Positions 21,370 through 40,172 of a stretch of 64,000 bases of DNA are shown in pieces (the stretch's first letter is position 1; every line of letters begins with the position of its first letter). Under the pieces are notes generated by a model. It ran no database searches. It had not been told where the DNA came from and was given only the letters and a program-made list of their open reading frames with translations. Origin of the DNA: Balanoglossus misakiensis (lineage: Eukaryota > Animalia > Hemichordata). The position numbers and the translations under genes were made by a program. The stretch spans positions 5,172,137-5,236,136 of the forward strand of contig CM082595.2 in assembly GCA_040954595.2 (NCBI GenBank). Reading direction: 5' to 3'.

Positions 21370-24300
21370 TCAAGCATGTGTGTATGCAACTATGATGGTG
21401 TAGCCAGGTTGGACATACAGATCGACGGGTGGCAAACAAACGCCGGTGTATAGTTCCTATGAGATGGAGAAAAAAAACACAATAAAGATGATTAGCCTTC
21501 TGTGAATAAATATTTCTCGTTGTCGAAGTTGAGACTACCAAGACCAAGTGCATGGTTGCCACATTCCACATTCCATAGCCTTTACATGGATGCCGAAATA
21601 TTGCTTGGCCGTCATCTGGAAATGACAACGCCTTGGGTCACATGGTAACGTGATTGATAGTAAAGAATACATGTATCTAAAAATCAGAGAAATGCCAATT
21701 CCAACTTTCGAGTAATAAAAAGACAAATACACATATGTAGACTACAAGACCTATAGACATGGCTGTGTGCCACATTCCTGGGGCCTTTACCTTTCCTTCC
21801 CGATCCAACACCTCAATATTCCATTGGTAATCTTTATCGGCGCTTATTCCCGCAAATGCTTGCAGCACAAGGCATTCCCTCGACTCGTTAAACTCCCTGA
21901 CAGCGTCGCTGGACTCCCCGGGCTTGTGAGCTGCCACCCAGCGGCTGTTGGCCTGCAGAAGTGTGCCGAAAACGTCTGTCATCGGGGGCGGGTGAACTGT
22001 TTGGACGAGGAAAGGGTGGTCCATGTCTGTGAATTGGTATCCCTCAACCGTGACAGGTTTCTGGAAGAGATGTTACAAAAATTGGTGTTTACGTATAATC
22101 ATTTATGATTCCAGTATAACAGTACATACACACATACAAACATGTGTCCAAAACAACAAAATCACAAAATCAATTTTTGATCATTTGGTGAGCTATAACC
22201 CATGAAAAATGTCCAAAAATGACATAAATTACCAAAATTCACAAAGTCGGGAATTTGTCATGTTTTTTGATTAATTTTGGTGAGCTATAGGCCTAACCCA
22301 TGAAAAATGTCCAAATATGACAAAATCACCAAAATTCGCAAAGTCAGGAATTTGTCAAATTTTAGCTCATCAAAATTATCAGAATTATTAATTGGCGAAT
22401 ATTGGTGATTTTGTCATTTTTGGACATTTTTCATGGGTTATAGCTCATCAAAATTATCAAAAAATGTCAAATTCACGATTTTGCGAATTTTGGTGAATAT
22501 GTCATATATATACATGTACATACATACATATTTGCTTTTGCGAATACATACATACATACATACATACATACATACATGTACTTGTATACATATCACCGAT
22601 GGCTGAACGTATTGAAGCGACGGGTTAGATGAACAGAGTTAGGGTTTCTTAATATGCCTGTAGAGTGTCATTCGTACTTACCGGTGGCAGCAGTTCGCCA
22701 TGTGAATGCTGCAGTGATGCCATCAATGGGGGGAAACGCTGAGACTTCGGAGGGTTGCCGATGGGGGGATTTTCAGCGTCTCCCTCGTAGGTATGGCCGG
22801 GCATGGTCATGGGCATGGCCGGGGGTGGGAGGTGTCCGAATGGCATATCTCTCATCACGTCTAAACTGGGCGGTTTGTTCGGTGTCGGGTTGAAGGTCAT
22901 ATCGTAGCGTGTGTCCTCAGCAGAATCGGCGCAGAGTTTTTCCTCTCGCTGAGTGGTAACCTGAGAGCGAAATTTATCGTGGTCGACAGGAAGGAATGGC
23001 ACGATGTCGTTCCCAACCAACTGGTCGGTTGGGCTCCTCTTGGTGGTGTATCGCTCTAGGTCGGACTGCAGTTTCATAAGGCACATCAGTGTCGATCCTG
23101 TTTTCTCGTTGAAACAATTCTGTCGAGTAAAATAAGTTTCGTTTTGTAAGAAAAACACCCCAAATCTCGCTCATTCTTTTTGATTTATTGACAATTTGCA
23201 AATTAATTATCATCAATAAATTACCAAAACATTATTCAACGTCATAGTCAACTTGTCGCCATCTTCCAAAAAATAAACCCTAGTAACTTTTTCTACTTTT
23301 TTCTCTCGAATTTTGATTAAGACTTGAAGACAGTGGAAACTGCGTCCAATTTGTCTAAAATTAAGGGGGGAAATAGAGGGGAAATGGGTGAAAATGTCAG
23401 AATGTTGCACCACATGTACATTTTGTCAGAGAAAAAGTGTAGTACACTCGAGCCCCGTGATAGGGGTGCATATTGCCATTCGCCTAGGTGATGCTGTTAA
23501 AATGCACTGCGTTTAATATCTGAAACGACGCTTTCAGGAATAAAAGTGGAATGGACGAATGAAAGATCTGAAAAGGTTTCAGCCGTCAATTTTTTTTTCT
23601 GTATGTTAACGATAATGACAGCCCGGTAATACTCATATTTCATGCACGCTCTACTCTTGTTTCATCAATTTGAGCGCATCTTTCCCAACGCGGACGACGT
23701 AACAACAGGTCTTGAAAACGAATGCAATTACGTCACTGCACACTGGATGACATCAAAAGTAAATTTGGAAGCGAAAAAAACCTACAAATCTACGCTACCC
23801 GGTCCATTGCCTTCTGTGAATCTTTCTCCCAATTTCGTCACCAACCTTGAGGTAAAATGGACGCAAATTCGAGAGTAATTGGAGCAAATGAATTTGACTT
23901 TTAGACAGCCCATTGGTTAATGGTGTAATCGAACCTCCTACACGCGCTATCTACGCCATGATTCCCAGTGTTTACCACTAATGACTGTCATGGACGAGAA
24001 CAAGTTGGACGAGTTCCTTTGATTGTAAACGTTTTAAAGTCTTCGTTGACGAGAAACTCGACTCGTCTCGAGCTGTTTTGCGGTAATTAGAGCTAGCGCT
24101 CTCTCAACCATTAAGTTGCCCACGCAAAACCTTTTCAGACAGAGATTCGTGATTCGCGCAGTCGATGCGCGTAGGTGGATCGTCTCTTCGTTGTGATGTG
24201 TATGGTTTTAAGATTCTCAACTGCTTTTCTTAGTTTTTTCGGGGGGATGACCAGCCAGAATTTAACCGAAAAATACAAATAATCAATTAAAAATGATAAA

Positions 24301-24962
24301 AAAGGCGTTGATCCTTACACCGGCTTAGGTCTGGCCACGGAGTGACCGTGGTCTGGCCGACAAAGCCGTCTCCAATCTGACACGTTTCAGGACCACTTAA
24401 ACCGTTCGCGCATAATAATTTACGCCAGTATTTGATCTGAGACGGTTCAGAAACGTCTTAGTGGTCCCCGTGTGACCCCCTGCATATTAGCCTATGTAAG
24501 TGCAACAACAACAACAACAACAACAACAACTGTTGGTGGTGAAGACACGATAAATAATTTCTGATCCGGACTTGAATTCAATTGTCACCGATAACAGCTG
24601 AACACACGTGGACACTATGCTTCAAGGATTCGAACAAGAAACTGCACCTGACACACCAATAGTAAAATTACCCAAAGGCACAGACAATGGCGTTTCACAA
24701 ACCTGCTTTTGATATTCAAATTCGCACAAGAGAAAAAATTCGGTCTTTCGAACTCTCTTACCTTGTAACGTTGTGTCACAGACTCGTCCACAAAAACAGT
24801 TTCTCGCCGGTCGTTATTCCAGCGGCCAAGCTTCTGCAAAAACTTGTGTTTTATTTCATTCGAAAATGAAAGGTCGCCCGTTGCCTTGCCACTGCAATAA
24901 GACTCCAGTGCGACCAGAGCCAATGTTCCCAGCAGAAGACCCACAGAGATGCGAATAGCCAT
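21370..24962 (-). CDS. Uncharacterised secreted protein, 331 aa; C-terminus resembles the transcobalamin/DUF4430 beta-grasp domain
   Basis: Exons 24962-24762, 23119-22682, 22060-21791, 21456-21370, all phase 0 with canonical splice sites and one continuous frame. Signal peptide MAIRISVGLLLGTLALVALESYC, Pro-rich linker, C-terminal ...LVLQAFAGISADKDYQWNIEV...LYVQPGYTIIVAYTHA. The domain assignment is by eye only. Confidence 0.75.
22152..22505. repeat. Foldback array of ~98-bp units (tandem plus inverted)
   Basis: GAGCTATA..CCCATGAAAAATGTCCAAA occurs twice on + (22190, ~22282) and is mirrored as TTTGGACATTTTTCATGGGTTATAGCTC at ~22419. Followed by (TACA)n at 22520-22580. Confidence 0.7.
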
Positions 24963-26316
24963 ATCCGGTGCGGACGATTCACTGCTGATTTCTGTTGATT
25001 TTTTTTCATAAAAGAAAAGGAACGAAGTCACAAAAATGCATCCGTGTCATTTAGCGAGGCATGTACGCTTGCAAATCATTAGGCGACATTTTTGACGGCT
25101 TGAAATTAATTAAGTCCGCGTGAAGTAAAGCGAAATATTGAAGACAGATGTTACTTGTAATTTCTGGGAATAAGGCTATGGGAAGAATAAACAATCGGAT
25201 ATCTATTTTCACGAAAGTGGAACAACATATTTGATGAGATCATACATTCTGCATTGGCGTAGCGAAGATCGTTTTGCGCGCACCCGTCAGATTTTCGGAA
25301 AAATGATAGTCTTGCAAACCTTGCTTCATTAAAGTGTGTGGGGTTGAGTCTCTTTGAAATCAAAGACGAAAACATGGTGTTCATCGTCTCGTTTTCATAG
25401 AACCTACTACTATAATTAATGTTTCTCCATAGAAAAAGTCTGAGAGACAATTCTGTGAAAGATGAAGAAAATTTGATATTAGCGCTGAGAGAGTTAACTT
25501 GAGGCCGCACGCTCGCCAGCCCGACCTAACCAGTTCAGAATGCAGCCGCACGGGGGCCTTGTAACGCGTACTTCAACTTTTTCCCTACAATTTATGACAA
25601 AGAATGTATGTAATGGTAACTTATGTCGTCCATTTGGTCCGAAATTCAATGGGGAAAATACAAAAATTGCACTAAAATGAGAAAATGTTGCACGAACGAT
25701 TTTGGTGAAAAAATGTATGCTGTAGTTTTACAAGAAGCATCGTTTGGATGGCTTTGCTTTTATTAACCCTTTCACAGACACGGTTTGGTCCAAATCCATT
25801 GTTTTCTATGGTAATGTTGGAACTTTAAAGAAAGAATTGGGGATGAAAGCGGCGAGGCTGAGCTAAGAAGTCACTAAAACGGGACGTCTATACGCGTGAT
25901 TGCTACCCGGGCTATTTAGTCGGACAGGCTGTCTCGCTGGATAGGGAGACCGTACATGCATTCGAGTCTACCACGCCTGATGTGTGCCGGGAGAACATTT
26001 TGCACCGCCTCTGATTCTGAAAAGATGTGAACATGATATTTTGTGGAGAGCACACTTAAATGCACAAGAACGAGTCTTGGTCAGTAATGTCGACTTCAAA
26101 GGAGCAAAACGGTGTTACATTTTTTAATCGTCAGATACTCTTCAAACATATGGAAAATCTGACGAAAAATCACGCAACTTACGGAAATTGTGCGAATCCC
26201 GGGTTTTTAGCGCTAATTGTATAAAAAGATGTAATTTACAATATATTCATTTTAACTATAATTTCATTATTAATATGATGTTAAAATATATTTAGGCGTA
26301 ATCTCTCGTAACGTAC

Positions 26317-26680
26317 CTGATTGCTCAAAGGTTGTTAGCGAAGACAAGTCTTTCAACAAACAAGAACATCAGATGAGGTTGTACAGGTCAAAACGGAGGG
26401 CCACCTTCTCTTGTCGATTCGCCAAGAATGATTTTTCTCAAACGTCTTGCAGTTCATTATATACGTTGTCATGGAGGCCAATCCGCAGGATGTCGGTTGC
26501 GCGGGGGTGTCACCCCAAGGTGATTGTGGTGTCACTCGCCGTCGACAACTTTTGGACGAACCGCGGGAGAACTCGCTCGTCGTATTTGCACGCAAGCTTA
26601 GCGAGGTCAACACAGGGGGCCGACCTGTTGTACTTCTACCGCGATTCCGTCCACGTGTTGGTCGCTGGCCCTCTTTTCAT
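26317..26680 (-). pseudogene. Decayed coding segment of unknown origin (possibly transposon-derived)
   Basis: One minus frame reads MKRGPATNTWTESR*KYNRSAPCVDLAKLACKYDERVLPRFVQKLSTASDTTITLG*HPRATDILRIGLHDNVYNELQDV*EKSFLANRQEKVALRFDLYNLI*CSCLLKDLSSLTTFEQS and ends at a GTACGT donor. GC and CpG are higher than in the flanks. Confidence 0.3.
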
Positions 26681-27988
26681 TACTCTTCCGTTTTGCGTGA
26701 CATTTTAAATTCTAATCATCGCACATACGACAAGACCTTGTATCATGACCCCAGGGGACATAAGAAAACACAATCCATGATTGACGCAAAACAACCGTTA
26801 TTCCTTCAATGTCGTCGTGACATTTATACAAAGCGTAACACAACTGCGGTTTAGACGTCAACATGGGTCACTTAGAGGTTATTAAACAAAGACGTATTCG
26901 AGTGATGTCCGTATTTTGATGAGTTGCATTCTTGGCAAATACAGGCGTTGCATGTATGATAAAAATAAAAAGTAACCAAACTGCACGCCCAAATGTACCT
27001 AGCTCCATGCGGGCACTTAATATATCAAACAAAACAATATAAAATCAGTGTTTCATTGTATACGACAAAAATAATCTAACGTTGCCCCCTTTCCACTAAT
27101 TACGTTTGATACAAGACACCGTTTATGTTAATGTACAGGTGGATGTATAGTGAAGCAGCGTTCAACCACACACAACTTCCATCCCACTTGTAGACACAAG
27201 AGTGAAAAAACTCGCCAAAATGAATAATCATTTTGGGCGAATTTTTACTCTCATAATTATAATACAAGCTGGATAGAAGATGTATGTGGTTAAATATTCA
27301 TTCACTACATAACATCTTGTATCAAACATAATAATGGAACAAGTGCAGTGAATATTTAATTGAACAATTAGCTTTCTAAAATCAAAAGGTCGACTCACAG
27401 AAAAAAAATGTTCTATGTGTTTTTACCCTGCTTGGTCGAGGAGTTATTGAGTCCACAAACGTCCTGGCCGAACTCAAGCTTCACCAAAGCACAGAAGTCC
27501 GTTGCTGACAAAGTCCGTCATTCACAGAAGTCAGTTGCTCACAGTAGTCCATTGCTCACACAAAGTCCGTTGCTCATGAAGTCCAGACCAGCTGGGTAAA
27601 TTCCTAATTCCCACGGCGATGTGGAGTGACGTGCTCCTCCATTTTCCTCGTGGTTTTTGTGAGAAGGCCTTTTCTATGGGTGGCCATCTGGTTAACTAAT
27701 ATTTAAATAAACTAGTTGAAAAGGCAGGGCCTTTTGTTATGCAAAGAAAAGCTACCCCTCTCTCGACCAAGCAACTAAACAGGGTGTGTCGTAACACTAG
27801 ATCTTTATCAAGTCATTGCAGAACCAAAAGTAATCGCTTTAAATGGAAGGTATTTCCAACGATAAAACGGTGTCATTTTAGATGTCATGGATGTTTCAAT
27901 CACGGTCGGTTGACATACGCACGTGCGGTGATCGGCGTTGAAATATGCATCAGACGCACCCTGGTTTTCGATCGAAGTACGTTTTTAC

Positions 27989-27989
<1 letters not shown>

Positions 27990-28064
<75 letters not shown>

Positions 28065-28190
28065 GTCCTTCCTTCCTAGCTCCCTCACTCCCCTCCCTGC
28101 CTCCTTTCTTCCTTTCTTCCTTCCCTCCTTTCTTCCTTCCTTCCTTCCCCTTCCTTTCTTCATTCTTCCTTATTTCCTTCGTTCGTTCCT
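27990..28190. repeat. (TTTC)n / (TTCC)n microsatellite
   Basis: Direct inspection. Confidence 0.95.
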
Positions 28191-29408
28191 TCTAACAAAT
28201 TGACAAAAAGAGAAACATCTGAAATGTACCCAATACGCATGCGCGAGGCAGGAGAGGTGATCACGTACGTATCACCTGCCGGAGTCCTTCCCGGGGGACA
28301 GGGTTTCAGCCAAATAATAGTCATCCAAACCTGGCAATTCTCTGTGCATTAAACATGGCCGACACAATTTCAAGATGGCCGCTTGTTGCCATGTTTAAGA
28401 AATGGGAGTTCATAAGCTGAAGTGATATTCGGTCATTCTGATACATGTATATTGAAACGGAACTAAAATGTGAAAAAAGTTGATTGACTTTAATATGTCA
28501 ACTATATAGGCAGAAATGTCTAACCAAAGGAAGTCAGGAAATACAGTAAACACATCATTTCTTCCGAAACTTACAGCTAATGTCCATTTAAACTGTCGGA
28601 GGATTCGTTTGAAGTCATGGTGTTCACCATCTTACTTTAAAAAAATTAACTACATGTACTTCATTTTATCTCTATGGGGTTAAACACAGAGATTAGCGAC
28701 CGTTTTGAATTTCAATTTTGAGACAATTTGGCTCGCTCATTCAAAAATTTACACTAAGACGCTCAATTTTTATCTTAAAAGTTAAAAAAAAGTATAGTCT
28801 AAAGTTGCCTTTAACAAAATATGAGAAAAGGTCAAAATGTTTGATTTGATTTTGAGGTGCGTACTAATTTTAAAATGTTCATGCGATTGAAGTTGATACA
28901 AACCCAGCCTTTATCATTTTTTTCCTACCAGCTTTCTTTCTGTCTTTCACGGGAAGTTCGCTTTCGCCCACACACCCTGATCGCCTTACCAATTAAGGTC
29001 TATCTGACGTGATCACTTTTCCAGAAATTCTGCTAAAGTATTGTTCATTGTTTTTCTCCATGACCATTCGATAGCTAAGGTATACACAACACTACGCTCC
29101 CACTGACACAAAGAGGCCTGTATGATCAGAGTAATATTACAAGAGTCAAATTTCTACACGCCATCTGCTTTCTCCGGTATAGTTTTATCTTCTTTTTACG
29201 ACATGGCACTCAATTAATTAGTTATATACACGATGCACATGTCTGTGTACCTTTTGACGCGTGTTCATTATCACCAGTTACAGCATAGATAGTGTTTCTG
29301 TCGTGTGTCAATGGTTTCATCAGCACCAACATCTCATGATGGCTAAGGAGATTACGCTGTTTTTTGAACCTCCCACCCCCACACCGCCCCGCCCTCTCTC
29401 TTTCTTTC

Positions 29409-29492
29409 TAGCCTAGTCCTAGCCGTATTTTGTCCGCTTTGCTTCCAAAACTTTTGGAAGCAAAGCGGACAAATACGGCTAGGACTAGGCTA
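29409..29492. mobile_element. 84-bp palindromic TAGC...GCTA element with 8-bp TSD
   Basis: TAGCCTAGTCCTAGCCGTATTT...AAATACGGCTAGGACTAGGCTA, flanked by TTTCTTTC on both sides (29401-29408, 29493-29500). Confidence 0.85.
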
Positions 29493-31220
29493 TTTCTTTC
29501 TGCAGATTTACTGTCTATGATTTAACACAAACACCTATTATGTGTCAGTGGGGTATAGGCCTAGGCCCGAACATAGCGAGAGCGCTCGTTTGACGCAAAT
29601 TCGGGACATCGTATAAGCTACTGATTTATCGTTTTTAGCCACTTTATAATTAATAAAAAACTGAAATAGCATCTTTACAAGCGCCTGTGTTCATTACATC
29701 TTACTTCGAGATGGGTAGAGTTACACGTCAATTATTCTAGTTTCACAGCTTTGTCGTTTTACTATTAAAAGAAACCTGAATAAAAGAGAATCAAAGAGGT
29801 TGTTCTCTCACCTATCCTGTTTTCACAAAACAGGATGTGCGTGCACACGTTTTGAAAACTCGCCCCTCCAGCCATCAGAAATCAAGGGTATTCTTCGGTA
29901 TCCAATGACGTCAGACGCGCTCAGACGGCAGTTTTCCGCATTCAAATTACCAGATGACGGGCAACTTCAACAACATGGTCCAGACTATGCAAACGAAACT
30001 CCATGAGGCTGATAAGGCACCATACCTGATATATGTTGCGTGTTTTAAAGTAAAAACATACTCGGAAAAACTTTTACTGGATGCCGAAATATTACTTGCC
30101 CGTCGCCTGGAAATGAATACCCCGTGGGTTACATGGCCAGATCACGTGATTGATAGTAAAGAATAAAGAGACTAAAGTCATATCACATAAGACAGGTCTA
30201 GTTGGTTGTTCGAGGTCTTGTAATTTTTTACTCGTTACTTTATGTGAATTTGCTTGCTTTGAGCGAATTTAAGATGTACTGAGCCAAGTTTCGAATTCGG
30301 GACTGAGCTGTAGGTTTCAGTTACTGCCAACACACACACACACACACATTACATGCAACAGACTTTATGTATACACCAACTGTATAACACTTGTACAGTA
30401 TGGCCATGGGTGTACATACAGAGACGCAATATAATCTGGGCAGAAATGACTATCACACACACACACAGCTATAAACGCCTGAAGCATTTATATTACAGAC
30501 TGAGACATAACTTTTGAATCCAAGCAGTTTTATTGTGTATTCCACACATCACAATCACAACTAAATACTACAACAGTTATTCACAATTAGCGTCGTGACT
30601 TCCAGCAATGTACATTGTTGGTCGATCAAAATGTCTGGGGGGTTTTACACGCACCGCACGATGAAGACTTGACACTGGTTTATACGTGTCACCACTGAAA
30701 GTAAAATGGCATTTTTTTTTCTAAATTTCCGGTATTGTTTCGCCACATCCTTATTGTTAAACCATTCACAGGATAAATGAGAATACAAAACCATACATTT
30801 CTTGTGTCCCTAGAGCTTACAGTAAGATACTTTTTATCATTCCTTTCGAGTAAAAATCTGCACTACACGTTTTTCTTCTTTTCAGAAACAAGTTGAGTGG
30901 TATACGACTGTCCAAATGGTTTTTACATGCTGGCCACCGGTTGCGACTTCAAAACAGCATTTCACAGATGTCAAAGGTCACACATCCTGGCATCGCGACA
31001 GCCTCTTGTCAACGTTCCTTGTCCTGTTAGTTTTATTTGAAACGACAAATTTGAACACGGTCACTGATCATACAGCAAGTTCTGGGGAAACGACACTTTT
31101 TTTTCTCCATGAGATTTCATGACATGCACTAATATCTATCTACAAAGAATACTACAGCAACAACCCTGCAAATTGATTCTTCTTGCAGTATAAAGGCCAT
31201 GTACGGAGCACACTGGCCTT

Positions 31221-36600
<5,380 letters not shown>

Positions 36601-39600
36601 GGTTGAAAATACGACTGCGACAGGTAACACTGAAAAATCTGAAACAGAAAAGTACACAACTGCTTGTTACCTTTTTATCATTTTGGGGACAAAAGTTGTA
36701 ATTAATTTAGTGGATATTTGAATTCTCTGATTTGTGCAAATAGAAGTTTATGGTATCCTAGCCTGGACAGTATAATTCTATAGTCTACACATTTTATATG
36801 ACAACATGTTATATCAACCATAACATTTCTATTTGAAGTGTTAGCCATTTAGATAATAGCAACAACGTGACTACTGTAGTGTAGGCCTTGTACTGAGACA
36901 CCATTCACAACTTTATAATTCTAATATACAATTCTTTTACACACAACATGTACCTAAAGTGAAAGCCACACAAGTTAACTGCAGACATGGCCTGAGGTGA
37001 GTCCAAAACATCCTAAATCCAAGATATGGTTTCCGACAGAAATCTGAAGTCGTCAGTGAAACTCTACAGCGTGCACTGTTTGTAGTCGCCGCAGTGTGTT
37101 CTCTGACAAACATGATTTTTAAAAGCTTCGAGTCAATTTGAGGATTTCTAGAAATTTCTCTGAGTCAGCCCTATACCTTTGCATGCAGTGTGGATACTTT
37201 TCTCGAGTCACCAGTGAGTTTGTCGAGTCATTTGAGCTTAGAGGGCACACTGGTTGTCGGCTACATTTGACGAAAGCTGCAGGCTGTTATCTACCCAGCA
37301 TTCTCCAAATAGCTATGCTGGAGGCCTGCCAGATAGTCTACTGTACTGCAGCCATATTTGGAATAGAATGCATTTCCTCTCAGAGTTTCACAGCGCACCA
37401 AAATACTAAACTCAGTTTGTACTATTGCCATTTTCATTGAAATTTTGCACCAGGCTGGGTTCAAAGACCAGAAGCAAAAATTCATTTTAAAGCTCTATTA
37501 GATGCATCTCCATTAGCTGTATATTTTCATCAATAAGATTTCCTCAAAGAGCCTATCAAGATTAATACTACATGCCATGTTGTCTTTTATCACTCCAATA
37601 TACATCTCTTTAAAACTTTTACATGCATCAGAACACTGCCATTGAAGATACCCTGGTTAATTACATTGCAGCAGCAAGAGGGTTCTAAACATTGGCTGGC
37701 TTTAATCTCACATTGCTCGAAAGATGGCTTGGATTGCCGGGGCAACAACTATTTGCAAGAGGTGGTAGAGTAGTGACAGAAAGCATAAATCAACTGGTCC
37801 CTTTTAACGTAACTTAACAATGCAAACCCCGATGGGTCGAGTACTGTACGACCAGTTGAGTCAAATCAGAGCATGTTACCTAGACCATACCAATGTTCTT
37901 GCAAATAATGGGCTTATAGCAAACTTTCCCATAGTTGTATTTGTTTGTGTGGATTGTCTATAGGGCCTTGTAGTAGAAAGAGGATTTTAATTTGAAGCAT
38001 TCCTTGTTACATAATCAGATAATTGTTCTGAAGCCAACTGCTTGTAAGCCATTCAGGGGTAGAGTAGCTACCGACTCAATGAACAAAGGAATTGCCATCA
38101 GCTAAACACCTTCCTTGTGGATTTCAACAAGTGGTTTCGTGCACAGACTTGGTTGATATGCAAATTGGCGTCATATATTTCTGGGTTCACATCCCATAAA
38201 AGCTTAGAACGAAAAGCAAAGCTACAGCAAAAGGCTACAATATATTCGCAACCGTGATGACTTATGCTGGGGTGAAATAAAAAAAAAATGTAACCAAGTC
38301 TCTGAGCATTTCTGTTTGGCTTCTGTCCAAGATATTTAGTGTTTTTTGTTGTTGCAACACAACAGAATGAATCCACTTGATTTGCAATAAAGCTGGGTGT
38401 AATCGACAACAGACAACAATAGCTCGGTATGCAATTCTTTGACTACACTGCGATTGTTCCATCAATATTTGCACACGGCAAGCTCGTTTGAAACTGCTGG
38501 TCAATTTTGCTGGGGTTCCAATGAAATGCATTCAGATGTGTACCTTTCAGATAAACAATGATGGAAACTACACCTACACATGAGTTGTTGACATGAAAAA
38601 ATTACGTCAAAGTATGAAATAAATCTTTACAGCATTATTTTTGTCTGTCGCATGCTCACTTTGATTGGGACTCATGACTTACTAAGAGTGGGCATTTTCA
38701 CCAGTGACCAGAAAATATTGCAATAAAGACATCCATGACGTGATTGTACGGTTTCTGAAAGTGTGAGCTATCACGACGTAATACGACACAATTCCGCTCA
38801 ATATGACGTAAATCATTTGTCATGGTCTTTTTTTACTTCAATTTGAGAATATCAAATATTCCCCTCCCTTTCCTCGTCTTGATAAAAAAAAAGCCTATCA
38901 AATGCATATAGCCTGTCTAATCACGTACGATTTCTCAAAGTAATTCTGTGAATATGGAAAACTGATCAGATGGGTACATCAATCACCAGAAATAGGATTT
39001 CCTTTCTCTGTCTGAGAACCAAGACAAAACTTTCTTTCAACCACTTTAAAAAAGACCAAAACAATCAATATTCGTCTACATCTATATTCACTAACCAGTG
39101 TAATCAGTGATTATTGAAATCTTTAATAGAAAAAAACGACATTCAAAATGTCAAGTACTTTGAATGGAGAAGATTACATTTGGATAATATAGGCTCAATC
39201 AGTCCGACTTCTTTTATGACGGATGTTAGATGTTTCAAGGAGGGGATGCAATCAGTAGAGCATTACAATCATGGTTGTTTAATGCACACGGAGGTCACCA
39301 CTGTAACGGACCACCTGATTCACCACTTAGAAGTAGTATGCGCCCCAGGGGCAGATATTTCATCAAAATAACAGTCCTTCAAACTTTTCAATTCTTTGCT
39401 GAATTAAAAGAGTGTGGGCGAGCCTTCTTGAAAGTAACGGTGAAAAAACAGGGTGTTGACTGTCTTATTTTAGAAATCACTACTTTATTTTTTCTCTAGA
39501 CAGGGGGATGGGGGATTCCCCCTGTTGACATACTGGCATCCCCATAGCAATTTGTTAAGGGGGACCAGTGCCCCTTAAAATGAAGTCACTCAAATGTTCG

Positions 39601-40039
39601 AGATATTAAATTCCCCCTTACCAGAGTGGAATCCCCCTAAATATTCTGGTAAAGGGGGACATATCCCCCCTGTTGATGCCATCCTGGATGAAACACTGGG
39701 TATGGTGGCAATTTTGAATTTCAAATTTTAGACAATACATACAGACTTTCCTTTTGACAGGGGAAAGAATTACACATGCACCTGGTCATTGCAAACAATT
39801 GCTGTGATTACCATATTTGATTTTCACAACCTTAATACAATTTATAGCTAACTTGGCATTGGTAACACAGACATCAGCTGGGAATCTAGAGATGATTATT
39901 ACCTACAAAGAACAATATTCAGGATATACCTCTTCAAACAAACTAATTTCTTGCACTGGCCATGGTGGCAACAGCAGGAAATTGAAAGTAACTCTCACTA
40001 ATATGTAAATTTTTCTACCTTGACGAGGGACAAAAATCA

Positions 40040-40172
40040 GACATGGCTACTCAGGTAAGTGATAAAAATCTCACATGGCTACTTAGGTGTATGATAAAAA
40101 CTCACATGGCTACAGCCTACTTAGGCGTATGATAAAAATCTCGCATGGCTACTTAGGTATGTGGTAAACATC
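40040..40172. repeat. ~32-bp tandem repeat (CATGGCTACTTAGGTGTATGATAAAAACTCA) x4
   Basis: Four degenerate units are visible in GAPDH-A intron 1. Confidence 0.75.

Noticed and set aside
24762-24962. TGF-beta/Lefty-like prodomain impression from exon 1 (IKHKFLQKLG...VTQRY)
   Set aside because: The downstream exons have no cystine-knot cysteine pattern, so it is not called a TGF-beta ligand.
26317-26680. Multi-UGA selenoprotein reading of the decayed frame
   Set aside because: The frame also has a TAG stop, I recognised no SECIS or selenoprotein motif, and CpG decay is the simpler explanation.
37400-38550. Possible decayed transposase in GAPDH-A intron 1 (minus frame ...GNML*FDSTGRTV...)
   Set aside because: All frames have many stops and there is only one short motif resemblance; it needs a translated search to support.
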